Below, one piece after another: positions 54,790-64,000 of a stretch of 64,000 nucleotides of DNA. The position numbers and the translations under genes were made by a program. The notes under the pieces were generated by a model. The model was given only the letters and a program-made list of their open reading frames with translations. It made no database searches and was not told the DNA's origin. Source of the DNA: Candidatus Fermentibacteraceae bacterium (GTDB lineage Bacteria > Fermentibacterota > Fermentibacteria > Fermentibacterales > JCC-6); contig JBGSZS010000009.1 of NCBI GenBank assembly GCA_041750285.1, positions 1 through 64,000 on the forward strand, written 5' to 3'. The number at the start of each line of letters is the position of its first letter. Positions within the stretch are counted from its first letter, which is position 1.

Positions 54790-55792
54790 GCGAACGACCT
54801 GGGGTGGTTTTTTCCCACTGGAGTTCCGCACTCCACACATCGGAGTGAACTCCAGAATCGCGCACCTGAAAGGCGCAACGCCTTTCTACAACGCAAGGAG
54901 CGCCATCTCGGCGCTGATTTCTTCAAATCCTGTCAGGGATGTCCTTCTGCCGCATTACATCTGCCCGGTGGTTATACAGGCAGTTGAACAAGCCGGCGCA
55001 ACCATGAGGTTCTTTCCCATAAATCCTGATTTCACCTTCAACTACAAAGAGCTTGCTCAGATGGCACGGGATGGTTCCCTGCTGGTAATCCCCTGCTACT
55101 TCGGCGTTCGAATGCCTGACCTTGATGCTCTTGCATCCATAAGGTCGCAAACCGGTTGCAGGCTCCTCCTCGATTATGCCCAGGCTCTCTACGAACCCTG
55201 TGCCGACGGTTTTGCAGCGGTCTACTCACCAAGAAAGTTCCTAGGGGTACCGGACGGAGGCTTCCTTGCCGTGGGTGGTGAATCGGGTCTGAAAACTCCA
55301 GGGAAACCCGAAAGGAAAGTCGAGACATCAGTTTTCGGTGATCGCCTTGCCTGCCACGGGATCCGCCTTGAATACCCGGGAGAAAACTGTCTGGATTCGT
55401 TCAGGCTGCTGGAAAACAACATGCCCTGCGGAAACATCCGCATGTCCGACATGGCCATGGGCATTTTCAAGGCATTCGACCACGACAGTGCCTGTGAAAG
55501 ACGCCTCCGGAACTACGAAACCCTTGCTGCATGCCTCGGAAAGCCTCTGGCTGAAAGCAAATCGGTACCGTTGTGCTTTCCCCTGCCCATTGCAGCTGAA
55601 GATTTCGACAGTGTCAGGCGTCATCTCATCGAAAACGGAGTTTTCATACCGTTCTACTGGCCGGGCCAGGACGAATGGATGAGACCGGGCAGGGGAGTGC
55701 TTGCCTTTCCGGTTGATCACAGGTACGACTCCGCTGACATGGCTGCCGTTTCGGAATTGGCAGAGAAGTTCATTCAGGAAAGGTCGGGATGA
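54782..55792 (+). CDS. Divergent DegT-fold PLP-dependent protein
   Basis: GGFFPLE, NARSAI, LPHYICPVV, YFG, D.AQA, YSPRKFLGVPDGG, YWP, PVDHRY. Confidence 0.65.
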   Translation: MAERTTWGGFFPLEFRTPHIGVNSRIAHLKGATPFYNARSAISALISSNPVRDVLLPHYICPVVIQAVEQAGATMRFFPINPDFTFNYKELAQMARDGSLLVIPCYFGVRMPDLDALASIRSQTGCRLLLDYAQALYEPCADGFAAVYSPRKFLGVPDGGFLAVGGESGLKTPGKPERKVETSVFGDRLACHGIRLEYPGENCLDSFRLLENNMPCGNIRMSDMAMGIFKAFDHDSACERRLRNYETLAACLGKPLAESKSVPLCFPLPIAAEDFDSVRRHLIENGVFIPFYWPGQDEWMRPGRGVLAFPVDHRYDSADMAAVSELAEKFIQERSG

Positions 55793-56403
55793 GTTCTTTT
55801 TATTCCTCTGCCGAGCTTGCTGAGTTGGGACTCGCAAGCTTCGGGCATGATGTGAAGATCAGTCGCAAAACCAGTATCTACCACCCGGAACGGATCACAA
55901 TAGGAAACCACGTGAGGATCGATGATTTCTGTGTACTATCGGCGTGCAGTGATGGGTACATCAGGATAGGCAGTTTTGTCCATATAGCTGCACTCTGCAT
56001 GATCGAAGCTCCCGCAGGGTTCGAGATGGACGACTTTTCAGGACTCGCGGGCAGGTGCACGGTCTATGGCGGAACGGATGATTATTCGGGGCTTCATCTT
56101 ACCAACCCCTGTGTTCCATGGGAGTACCGAAGCTGCATCTGGAGAACCATCTCGATGAAAAAACACGCCCTTGCAGGTGCGGGAGCGGTGATCATGCCCG
56201 GAGTGACAATGGGCGAATGCAGCGTTGCCGGGGCAATGTCACTCATCACGAGATCGATTCCAGACGGACAGATCCATGCAGGAGTGCCGGCCCGTTTCAT
56301 TAAGGAAAGAAGCATGAATCTTCTTGAGCTCGAGGCAGAGTTCAGATCTTCACTGGAGAACGGCATTCACCGGTGCAGTTCCTGTGCCCGGAAAGAGGGA
56401 TGA
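55789..56403 (+). CDS. Hexapeptide-repeat (LbH) acyltransferase, VioB-like
   Basis: ELGLASFGHDVKISRK, IGNHVRIDDFCVLS, DDYSG..LTNP, GVPARFIKERS. Confidence 0.85.
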   Translation: MSSFYSSAELAELGLASFGHDVKISRKTSIYHPERITIGNHVRIDDFCVLSACSDGYIRIGSFVHIAALCMIEAPAGFEMDDFSGLAGRCTVYGGTDDYSGLHLTNPCVPWEYRSCIWRTISMKKHALAGAGAVIMPGVTMGECSVAGAMSLITRSIPDGQIHAGVPARFIKERSMNLLELEAEFRSSLENGIHRCSSCARKEG

Positions 56404-56404
56404 G

Positions 56405-57400
56405 ATGGCCCAGGAAACCATGGTCAGGAGGGTTCGCATAATCGGGACCGGGAGTTTTGCTCCCGAGGGAATCGTTTCAAACTCCCAGCTGGAGAAAAGC
56501 GTATCAACATCAGACCAGTGGATCAGGGAAAAGCTTGGGATCCGCGAAAGACGGGTTGCCGGCAACTCCGTTTCGACGTCTACCCTTGCAGCCGAGGCAG
56601 GCAGGAATGCCCTTCAAATGGCGGGAGTTGCTCCGGAAGATCTGGACATGATCATCCTTGCCACGGCCACACCCGACCGGATTGCACCGGCGACCGCTCC
56701 CAGGGTGCAGGCCCTTCTGGGTGCATGGAATGCTGCGGCGTTTGACGTGAATGCCGTTTGCGCTGGTTTTATCTACGCCCTCACGATCGGAGCCCAGTTC
56801 GTCGGGACGGGAATGTCACGGAACGTGCTTGTTATCGGCGCAGACACCTTTTCCCGAATTACGGACTGGACACGAAGGGACTGTGTCTTTTTCGGAGACG
56901 GAGCCGGAGCGGTCGTCCTCTCGCATTCGGAAGATGATGCGGGATTCCTCTGCTCTCGCTTGTATGCTGATGGACGTGGATACGAGGCATTCACCGTACC
57001 TGCGGGCGGCACCGAAACCCCCGCCAGTCTCGAGACGGTTTCTTCGGGTCTGCACTTCTACAGGATGGATGGCCAGGCTGTGTTCAACACGGCGGTGAAA
57101 GTCATTCCGGACGCGTTGATGCAGGTCATAGGCAAATCGGGATTTGATGTGTCTGATGTGGATCATGTCATACCTCATCAGCCCAGTATACGCATCCTTG
57201 AAGAGAGTGCGAAAAGAATCGGCATTCCTTTCGAAAAGTTTCACACAAACATGGACAGGTATGCAAATACGTCGAGTTCCACGATACCCCTGCTTCTCGA
57301 TGAGGTTAACCGGAGTGGATCGATAAAGCCGGGGGAGCTTGTTGCCTTCGTGGCAGTAGGCGCAGGATGGGTCTGGGGAGCATCACTTGTAAGATGGTGA
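56405..57400 (+). CDS. fabH: 3-oxoacyl-ACP synthase III
   Basis: GIRERR, AVCAGF (Cys), FGDGAGA, PHQ (His), ANTS (Asn), GAGWVWG. Confidence 0.9.
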   Translation: MAQETMVRRVRIIGTGSFAPEGIVSNSQLEKSVSTSDQWIREKLGIRERRVAGNSVSTSTLAAEAGRNALQMAGVAPEDLDMIILATATPDRIAPATAPRVQALLGAWNAAAFDVNAVCAGFIYALTIGAQFVGTGMSRNVLVIGADTFSRITDWTRRDCVFFGDGAGAVVLSHSEDDAGFLCSRLYADGRGYEAFTVPAGGTETPASLETVSSGLHFYRMDGQAVFNTAVKVIPDALMQVIGKSGFDVSDVDHVIPHQPSIRILEESAKRIGIPFEKFHTNMDRYANTSSSTIPLLLDEVNRSGSIKPGELVAFVAVGAGWVWGASLVRW

Positions 57401-58098
57401 ACAACATGGAGTTTCCTCTTTACGTTGTCGTGGGGGGGTCATCCGCCCTGGGCACAGCTGTGGTGTCCGGTCTTCTGGGCATGGGCAGGAAAGTTGTCGG
57501 CACGTCAAGAACCGATAGGGTCAGCGACAATCCTGACAATTTGAACGTGATCTGCGACGTAACCTGCCTTGACGATTGCCGGAGGCTGGCCACCACAGTT
57601 TTCGGCATCAGCAACAGGGTCTTTGTCGTGTTCCTTTCCGGCATCTCAATAAACGCCATGGTTCACAAGGCTTCTCCGGATGACTGGCACCGCGTGATGG
57701 CAGTGAACCTCGAAGGGGCGTTCCTGATCGCGCGTTCATTCCTTCCGGAGATGAGGAAAGCCGGTTATGGCCGTTTCGCATTTGCAGGTTCCGTCACAGG
57801 AAGACTCGGGGCGGTCGGCACAAGCTCTTACAGCTCCTCAAAGGAGGGGCTTAAGGCGCTGTCCCGTGTGATTGCCTGTGAGAACGCAGCAAAGGGGATC
57901 ACATCCAATACAATCGAGATCGGATACATGGACTCCGGACTTACGAGCACGATTCCTGCTCCCATTCAGGACAGCATTCTGAAACAGATCCCGGCTGCGA
58001 GGTTTGGAGATCCGAACGAAATCACGGACGTTCTTCTGATGCTTGAACACGCGTCCTACATGAACGGTTCGGTCATTTCCCTCTCGGGGGGACTTTAG
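57394..58098 (+). CDS. FabG-like short-chain dehydrogenase/reductase
   Basis: GGSSALG, VNLEG, GSV, YSSSK, IPAARFG, YMNGSVI.LSGG. Confidence 0.85.
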   Translation: MVNNMEFPLYVVVGGSSALGTAVVSGLLGMGRKVVGTSRTDRVSDNPDNLNVICDVTCLDDCRRLATTVFGISNRVFVVFLSGISINAMVHKASPDDWHRVMAVNLEGAFLIARSFLPEMRKAGYGRFAFAGSVTGRLGAVGTSSYSSSKEGLKALSRVIACENAAKGITSNTIEIGYMDSGLTSTIPAPIQDSILKQIPAARFGDPNEITDVLLMLEHASYMNGSVISLSGGL

Positions 58099-58125
58099 AG
58101 AACAGCACAATTGGACAGAGGGTGA

Positions 58126-59214
58126 TCATCCGCTGTACATCCATCTGAGGGGATAGGCGGATGCAGCCTCAAGGGATTGCGGGGGGTGGGTCAGGCAGAT
58201 GTTGATAAGGTATTCATACGTTATTTTATCATGCACTTTTGAAGCTATCTCGAAATCAATCACACCAGCAGGAGCAAAAGACCTCTTGAACTCGTAAATC
58301 CCGTCCGAACCACCAGGACCCCCACCGAGAAGATAGTCATCAAACCCCGAATCCCTTGCCCACCTTATGATCTCGTGTTTCAGGATATTGTTTGGACGGG
58401 ACTCGAAGTACTCCTCTCTTGTTCCTCCAAGAAACGAATAAACCGCAGTATCAGAGCACAAGACCAGTTCGACTGAGAGAGTCCTGTCTTCCAGAACGGC
58501 GTAAAAGACCTTGCATCTGTTCCCCATCGTTTTGCTCAGATGTTCGTAGAATGCGACCGGGAAATGGAAGTACCCTTTCGCTTCCCTTCGACCCATCGTG
58601 TGGGCGTAGATTTCAAGAAAGTCCCCAAAACGCTCACCCAGAATACCTTCATGGAAGACTTCGATCCCGGTTCGCACAGCCTTGTTGATGTTTTTCCTGT
58701 TGTTGTGCCTGTAGCTCGTCCAGATATCCTGGTCTGACCGCTGAAGGGCAACAACGATCTGACTGCTGGCCCTCTTCAGATCGTAGTACCCTTTCAGACA
58801 CTGCGGAAAAGCCATCAGCGGATTCAGGCGTATCAACTCGGCCACAACTCCAGAGGTGCGGCAATGAGAAGCAAAGGAATCCATGAAGTCTGAAAGAAGG
58901 CTTTTCACGCCGTTGCTCCCGTAAATGCCTCCGTACCCGTATGCCGTAATGAGGTGAAATGTATCTGGAGGGGCATTCAGCCAGGGGTATGCTGAAAGAG
59001 GGCACCTGAAGTAAGGGTAGACAAGCGTTCCTCTATCATCGGTCAGAATTGCGCATTCGGGCTCTGAACAGGGATCCAGCAATGCATGCGCCTCGTAGTA
59101 ATGCCTGCTCGCGTATATGTCGCGCTGTTTCTCCGCCATGGAGTTCCATGCGTTATCCCACTTCTCGCTTCCGGGACCGACAACCTCGAACAACTCTGAT
59201 TCCTCCCTGCTCAT
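58126..59214 (-). CDS. FemAB-like GNAT acyl/aminoacyl transferase
   Basis: DIY, TAYGYGG, IRLNPL, RKNINKA, PNNILK, LLGGG, FKRSF. Confidence 0.85.
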   Translation of the reverse strand: MSREESELFEVVGPGSEKWDNAWNSMAEKQRDIYASRHYYEAHALLDPCSEPECAILTDDRGTLVYPYFRCPLSAYPWLNAPPDTFHLITAYGYGGIYGSNGVKSLLSDFMDSFASHCRTSGVVAELIRLNPLMAFPQCLKGYYDLKRASSQIVVALQRSDQDIWTSYRHNNRKNINKAVRTGIEVFHEGILGERFGDFLEIYAHTMGRREAKGYFHFPVAFYEHLSKTMGNRCKVFYAVLEDRTLSVELVLCSDTAVYSFLGGTREEYFESRPNNILKHEIIRWARDSGFDDYLLGGGPGGSDGIYEFKRSFAPAGVIDFEIASKVHDKITYEYLINICLTHPPQSLEAASAYPLRWMYSG

Positions 59215-59331
59215 GCATGCATATTATCAATCCTGCAACCGCATGGCGCCACATTGCATAAAAACCGGCCAGCGATTAGCATTGCATAGTTTTCGGCAAT
59301 GCACGTCAGCCTGATCTGTGATCGGATCGAA

Positions 59332-60312
59332 ATGAAAAAACAAGTCCGAATTCTGGGCTTCATATTGCCAATACTCGTCTCGCTGATATTATTATTTATC
59401 ATTTATCGCCATATAGACTTTCTTCAGCTTGTATCGAGTATCAAGAGCGCTAAAGTAACATGGGTTGTCATCTATGTTCTACTCTCATCAGTGGAACCAC
59501 TTATCCGTGGTTGGCGCTGGAGCTTTCTGGTCAGGTCATCATCAAAATCCATCACAGTGAAAGGGCTATTTATAGCAAAAGCAGGCAATAATCTACTTCC
59601 TTTCAGAATGGGTGACGCTGTCAGAACCCAGTACATCAAGGACAAGGCGGGAATCCCCTACTCGACAACTGCGGCTTCGATCATCGCTGAAACAGCCCTC
59701 GACCTTGCAATGCTGGGCTTGTTCGTCCTTGTGTTCGCCCTGTTCGTTGCTTCCACAAAAGGCATGCTGCTGTCACTGATTCTATTGATCGGTGTTCCTG
59801 CATCGTTTCTTCTCCTTGTCAAGGGCAAAGCCATGATTCCGCGTTTTGTGCGTGAATCAAAACTGTTTGTCATTGCCTCCATTCTCATGGGAAGGCTTCG
59901 TCTGATCATACGGAACAAAAACAGAATCGCTGTTCTGATGATCTCAGCATTGCTCTGGTGTGTCACACTCTCAGCTTCATATGCCGGCCTCATGATGTTC
60001 CTGCCGGAGGTGGGTTTCATGGGAGTGATCTCTGCAATTGTCTTTGTCTACTTCTCTGTTCTGGTCCCCTCAGCTCCCGGCTTTGTGGGCACCTACCATG
60101 CTGCGCTCGCTGGAACGCTTGCAATCATGGGATATTCCATTGCCGAGTACCCTGCAGTACCAATAGTGCTTCACCTCCTTCAGCTCGTTCCCCAGACTTT
60201 GTTCGGGCTGGTTTTCGGTATCCGATACATCTTCTCGAATGATTGGAAAAACGCCCTTGATGGTCTGAAGGGAGCACGGGCAAAAATCATGTCCGGACGT
60301 TCGAAATCATGA
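59332..60312 (+). CDS. Lysylphosphatidylglycerol-synthase TM-domain (UPF0104) flippase-like protein
   Basis: RGWRW, NNLLPFRMGDAVR, PSAPGFVGTYH; multiple TM helices. Confidence 0.85.
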   Translation: MKKQVRILGFILPILVSLILLFIIYRHIDFLQLVSSIKSAKVTWVVIYVLLSSVEPLIRGWRWSFLVRSSSKSITVKGLFIAKAGNNLLPFRMGDAVRTQYIKDKAGIPYSTTAASIIAETALDLAMLGLFVLVFALFVASTKGMLLSLILLIGVPASFLLLVKGKAMIPRFVRESKLFVIASILMGRLRLIIRNKNRIAVLMISALLWCVTLSASYAGLMMFLPEVGFMGVISAIVFVYFSVLVPSAPGFVGTYHAALAGTLAIMGYSIAEYPAVPIVLHLLQLVPQTLFGLVFGIRYIFSNDWKNALDGLKGARAKIMSGRSKS

Positions 60313-61664
60313 GAGTTGCGGTGATCGGCGGAGGCATTTCGGGAGTTGCCGCATCCCATTTCCTTCTCCGTGCGAGTGCGTCAACCAACCTTGAAGTGAG
60401 GCTCTTCGAGAGAAGAGCCCATATTGGCGGCCTTTGTCAAACCGTTGATCTGGATGGGTTCAGGTTCGATTTCGGACCCCATAACATTCACTCCGTGGAC
60501 CCCTGGTTCAACGGTTACATGGAGACTCTTCTGGGCGAGCAGTACCGGACCAGGATATACAACCCCAAGGTCGTGTTTCGGGACAGCTTCATTCCATATC
60601 CCATGAAGGGTCTGGACATACTGAAGGGAGTTCCGCCACTGACTTCGGCAGCCTGCGCAGGCAGTTTCATCTGGAGTCGAATAGAATCCCTTTTCAGGGA
60701 GTGGAGGGACGACAGTTTCGAGGACTTCATCAGGAACAGGTTTGGAAGGAAGCTTTACAGCATTTATTTCGGTCCCTTCACTCTGAAGACATGGGGAGTA
60801 CCCGGCAGCATGCTGTCTTCCGATTTTGGCAGGCAGAGAATCGGCGTTTTCACTCTTTGGGACCTGTTTAAGCGCACATTTTTGAATATAAAACCCAAAG
60901 CAATGGAATCGGAAGAGGATCCGTTTCTAAACTCACGATGCGTGTACCCCGATCTTGGAAGTGAGACCATCGTCAGTTCTTTGTTGGACTCCTGCCTTTC
61001 AGATCAGCGCTTCCTGGTCGGAACGTCCGAACCGGTTGAAAGAATCGTTTCCACCGACGACCGATTCAGTCTGACAACGGCCAGATCCAGCTACATCGCT
61101 GACATTGTCTTCTCCAGTGTATCACTCACAGATCTCTTCCGGATGCTTGATCTTCCCGATCCGGGCCTTGTCTACATCTCCACCCGTTTTCTCCTGATGA
61201 CCCTCGACCAGGAGACCGTTTTCGGTTCCACTCCGTGGGTGTACTTCTCTGACGACAGCACAGCTTTCAACAGGGTGAGCGAGCCACGGAACATGAGCCC
61301 CCTCATGGCACCCGACGGAAAGACATCACTCTGCGTGGAGTTCACGACTACAGGCAACGATCCCATTGCACACGCTTCGGGGGAGGAACTGTTGAACATG
61401 GCTCTTGCCGGGCTTTCCAGGTACGGACTTGTCAAACCGGAAGCGGTCATGAAATGGCAGGTTGTCGACTGGGAGAACACTTATCCCCTTCGAACGCTTG
61501 ACTACAGGGATGCAACTGCCAGGGCTCTTTCAGCCCTCGAACCCATGCACAACCTGATCACTCATGGAAGGCTTGGCCGTTTCGAGTACTACAACATGGA
61601 TCATTGCGTGGCCGAAGCACACGATCTGGTTGCCGGCCTGAAGCAACGCATTTCAGAAGGATGA
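60309..61664 (+). CDS. FAD-dependent oxidoreductase (UDP-galactopyranose mutase/HemY-like)
   Basis: VIGGGISG, IGGLC, FDFGPH, FT.KTWG, RVSEP.N, YP, GRLGRFEYYNMDH. Confidence 0.82.
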   Translation: MRVAVIGGGISGVAASHFLLRASASTNLEVRLFERRAHIGGLCQTVDLDGFRFDFGPHNIHSVDPWFNGYMETLLGEQYRTRIYNPKVVFRDSFIPYPMKGLDILKGVPPLTSAACAGSFIWSRIESLFREWRDDSFEDFIRNRFGRKLYSIYFGPFTLKTWGVPGSMLSSDFGRQRIGVFTLWDLFKRTFLNIKPKAMESEEDPFLNSRCVYPDLGSETIVSSLLDSCLSDQRFLVGTSEPVERIVSTDDRFSLTTARSSYIADIVFSSVSLTDLFRMLDLPDPGLVYISTRFLLMTLDQETVFGSTPWVYFSDDSTAFNRVSEPRNMSPLMAPDGKTSLCVEFTTTGNDPIAHASGEELLNMALAGLSRYGLVKPEAVMKWQVVDWENTYPLRTLDYRDATARALSALEPMHNLITHGRLGRFEYYNMDHCVAEAHDLVAGLKQRISEG

Positions 61665-61674
61665 CAGACCGGTT

Positions 61675-62981
61675 TTGACTGACACCAGGAACGCCCTGCC
61701 CGTTTTCGCGATCATCCTTCTGGTAGCGATGCGTATCGCTTCAGTCCTTGTTGTCGGCAATCCATGGGGCGGGGGATGGGAAGGGAAGATATTCTACTCC
61801 GACACGAACTCGTACCTGTACGCAGCTGACGATATTTCCGACGGGATTCAGGACAGCCGCTTTACCGGGTGCCGGGCTACCCGCTGTTGATCCTGGGCAC
61901 GAGGGATCTGATTGAGCCAAGATGGCTCGCAACCATTCTCCTCAATCTTGCGGCGGATTGCCTTACAGCAATGGTTGTGATCGCCATGACCGGCAGACTT
62001 TTCGGAAGAGTGACCGGTCTCTGGGCGGGTGTTTACTACCTGCTCCTTCCTTCATGCGTCCTTTATTCGACCTATGTGATTCCCGATGTCATTACAGCCT
62101 GCCTGATAGCCGTTTCAGGGTTTCTTTGGCTGAAGACAACTCCTGAATCCCGGCCGGGAATGGGGGTGCTGAACGGTTTGCTTGCAGGTCTTTGTTTCGG
62201 GGTTGCCATGCTTCTCAAACCGGTCGTGCTGTATGCGCCGGCTATCTACCTTGCCCTTGTTTTCATACCAGAACGGAAGGGCTGGTTTGCCAGAATGCTT
62301 TTTGCGATCAGCCTTCTGGTGATCAGCACGGGAACCTACCTGGTCGTCAGGGAACACAACCAGAGGTCTTTCGGCCTGTCCGGGGTAAGCACCCAGGATT
62401 CATTCGAACTCATGGGCAGAGTCGTTCAGATCGCTGATTATCGAGGGCTTGGGGTTGGGGGAGAGAAGTTCTGGCTTTTCAGGGACAGCCTTCTTGAGCT
62501 TGCCTCACCAGGGGGAGAAGTCAACTGGGGAATGAGGGACAGCCTGTTTCGAGTGGTGACCAGGGAGGCCATTCTGTCCAATCCCCTGCGGGTAGCCTAT
62601 TTCGAGCTGACCAGATGGCCCAAGTTCTTTGTGAACCACGACGGACACAAACCCTATCTGGGAACGACCGACCCAAACGAGAAACCTATTGTCTACGTGG
62701 CGATCACAACCCTTATGCAGCTGCCGCTGGGCATCGCATTGCTCATGTCGGTCTTCAGCAGAAGACTCCGATCACGGCTGCAGAGGCATTTCTGGCTCGG
62801 AATGGCCTGGTTTGTCTACAGTGTTCCCGTGATAGGTCCCATAGCCTCTTTCCGGTACGGGCTGATATTCTACTGGGCCCTGGTCCCCTTTGCTGCGGCT
62901 GCAGTCGAGTTCCTTGCAAAGAGAAGGGCCGCCGCCACTGAGGCCGTCACCAGCATCGTCCAGAAAAAGGTCAGACCATAG
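61675..62981 (+). pseudogene. ArnT/PMT-like GT-C membrane glycosyltransferase split by a 1-nt frameshift near 61855-61863 (pseudogene or sequence error)
   Basis: ORF 61675-61890 (TM + YSDTNSY..AADDISDGIQD) and ORF 61869-62981 (frame reads YRVPGYP...) join into one protein collinear with the paralog's DLLDGNQDEPSVRMPLYP. Confidence 0.78.
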
Positions 62982-64000
62982 CGTGTGGTGGCCAGAGGTC
63001 CGTAGACAACGGCCGAGAAGATGAACCACCCAAGGAACAGACTGTTGACTGCAGCCATCCGGCGGCGCACTCCCGTGATGACGAAGCCCAGAATCGTCAT
63101 CAGGACCATGCACGCGTACACCGCACCCAGCAGGATCTTCGCTACGGCAAGCGGTGCTCCCCTTTCAGTGATATGCATGCTTCTCAGCACTTTGTGTGCG
63201 TAGCCCACCGAGAAGAACCTGGGCCATGAGATGAAGTGCGGCACCACTACCTTTACAGGCTCGGACAGTACGATTGCCCGGGTCATCTCCCGGTATATGC
63301 TGTCCCTGGCCATGAGATCGAGTACCCCGTTGGTTGTTGCCAGGGAATCGAGCCCGCTTGTGAAGCTGCCGTTCCAGACGGCTTGCTGGTCCGTTATCCC
63401 GGCCAGGATGGCCACCCGTCCGAGTGGTTCGAATGCATCCTGTGTGGAATATCCGTCGAAACCGAACTTGGTTCTGTTGTAGTGCCTCCAGGATAACGGA
63501 AGCACGACGAACACCGCAGGCAGAACAAAGACTGCGGCGAACCGGGCTCCCCTTGCGATCCTTCTCTGGAACGGCAGCAGGGCGAGGTATACGGCAGGGG
63601 AGTAAAGAAGTACCTGTTTGCACATCGCACCTATGGAGAGAACCAGCCCGATTGTTCCGCAGATGCATACGAACTCCCGGCTGCTTCGGGTCCTGAAGGC
63701 CTTCAGCCAGAGGTAGCCCGAGAGGCAGACTGCCAGAAGGGCCATTGTATCGGGCATTATCCGTGTTGAATGTATGACGTGCTGGGGCAGGAGCATCGCG
63801 GCGATTCCTGCCGGCAGGGCTGCCTTATCTGAAGATGATGCCGCGGTGAGGTAGCACAGGATGCCTATCATCAATCCAAGCGCCTGTTGCAGTATGAGGG
63901 TGCAGATCCATGGGCTGCCGTCACTCCAGGTCAGGGCGAGGATGACCGGATAGAGGGGCATACGTACCGAGGGTTCATCCTGGTTCCCGTCCAGCAGATC
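62870..64000 (-). CDS. ArnT/PMT-like GT-C membrane glycosyltransferase, 5' end outside window; paralog of 61675-62981
   Basis: Frame open to the window edge (DLLDGNQDEPSVRMPLYP). Shares STQD.FE..GRV, RDS..R, WP.FF and GP.A..RYGL.F.W with the paralog. Confidence 0.8.
   Translation of the reverse strand, partial: DLLDGNQDEPSVRMPLYPVILALTWSDGSPWICTLILQQALGLMIGILCYLTAASSSDKAALPAGIAAMLLPQHVIHSTRIMPDTMALLAVCLSGYLWLKAFRTRSSREFVCICGTIGLVLSIGAMCKQVLLYSPAVYLALLPFQRRIARGARFAAVFVLPAVFVVLPLSWRHYNRTKFGFDGYSTQDAFEPLGRVAILAGITDQQAVWNGSFTSGLDSLATTNGVLDLMARDSIYREMTRAIVLSEPVKVVVPHFISWPRFFSVGYAHKVLRSMHITERGAPLAVAKILLGAVYACMVLMTILGFVITGVRRRMAAVNSLFLGWFIFSAVVYGPLATTRYGLTFFWTMLVTASVAAALLFARNSTAAAAKGTRAQ

Noticed and set aside
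59240..59305. Sigma54 promoter-like TGGCGCCACATTGC and GCATTGC/GCAATGC repeat in the divergent intergenic region
   Set aside because: GG-to-GC spacing is 9 nt rather than the required 10, and the short IR alone is too weak to assign.
1..64000. CRISPR array, tRNA/rRNA genes, transposase or integrase
   Set aside because: No regularly spaced direct repeats, cloverleaf or rRNA-like segments, or DDE/HUH/tyrosine-recombinase motifs were recognised by eye. Nearly all the sequence is accounted for by CDSs.
1..64000. Genome-wide TGA reassignment (code 4/25) as the explanation for the in-frame TGA
   Set aside because: Many conserved genes end at TGA exactly where expected, often in ATGA/GTGA overlaps (rfbB, murB, gmd, fabH).

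Overview
This is gene-dense, GC-rich bacterial DNA read in the standard code: TGA is an ordinary stop in many ATGA/GTGA gene overlaps. Several proteins carry T9SS-type C-terminal domains, and there are two PorZ-like propellers and a gingipain-like C25 peptidase. Together these point to an FCB-superphylum organism, possibly a Fermentibacterota-like candidate lineage (inference). Content from left to right: (1) 1-15 kb, a minus-strand cell-surface polysaccharide operon (rfbB, Rmd-like, murB, GTs, Wzx, FemAB-like GNAT, two PorZ-like genes); the first ~960 bp look like a chimeric join. (2) 15-45 kb, housekeeping and envelope genes: Omp85 barrel, barrel-fused SppA, sat, DUF1015, gmd, eIF2B-like, addBA, PPC lipoprotein, C25 peptidase, patatin-POTRA-barrel, GNAT plus racemase, FIST plus hybrid kinase, and a basic-amino-acid decarboxylase. 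(3) 45-52 kb, a cyclase-STAND-TPR gene and a BNR beta-propeller/T9SS-cargo gene. (4) 52.7-64 kb, a second sugar cluster (rfbA, vioA/vioB-like, fabH, SDR, GNAT, GT-C paralogs). The best lead is the BNR/T9SS gene at 49055-51247. It is one reading frame interrupted by a single in-frame TGA at codon 401, directly followed by a SECIS-like hairpin, making it a candidate secreted selenoprotein whose export signal is made only on readthrough. Other leads are a REP/REPIN-like repeat that supplies the stop codons of three genes, a probable ATT start codon, two small ORFs missed by the ORF track, and a frameshifted GT-C gene. No rRNA, tRNA, CRISPR array or transposase was recognised.
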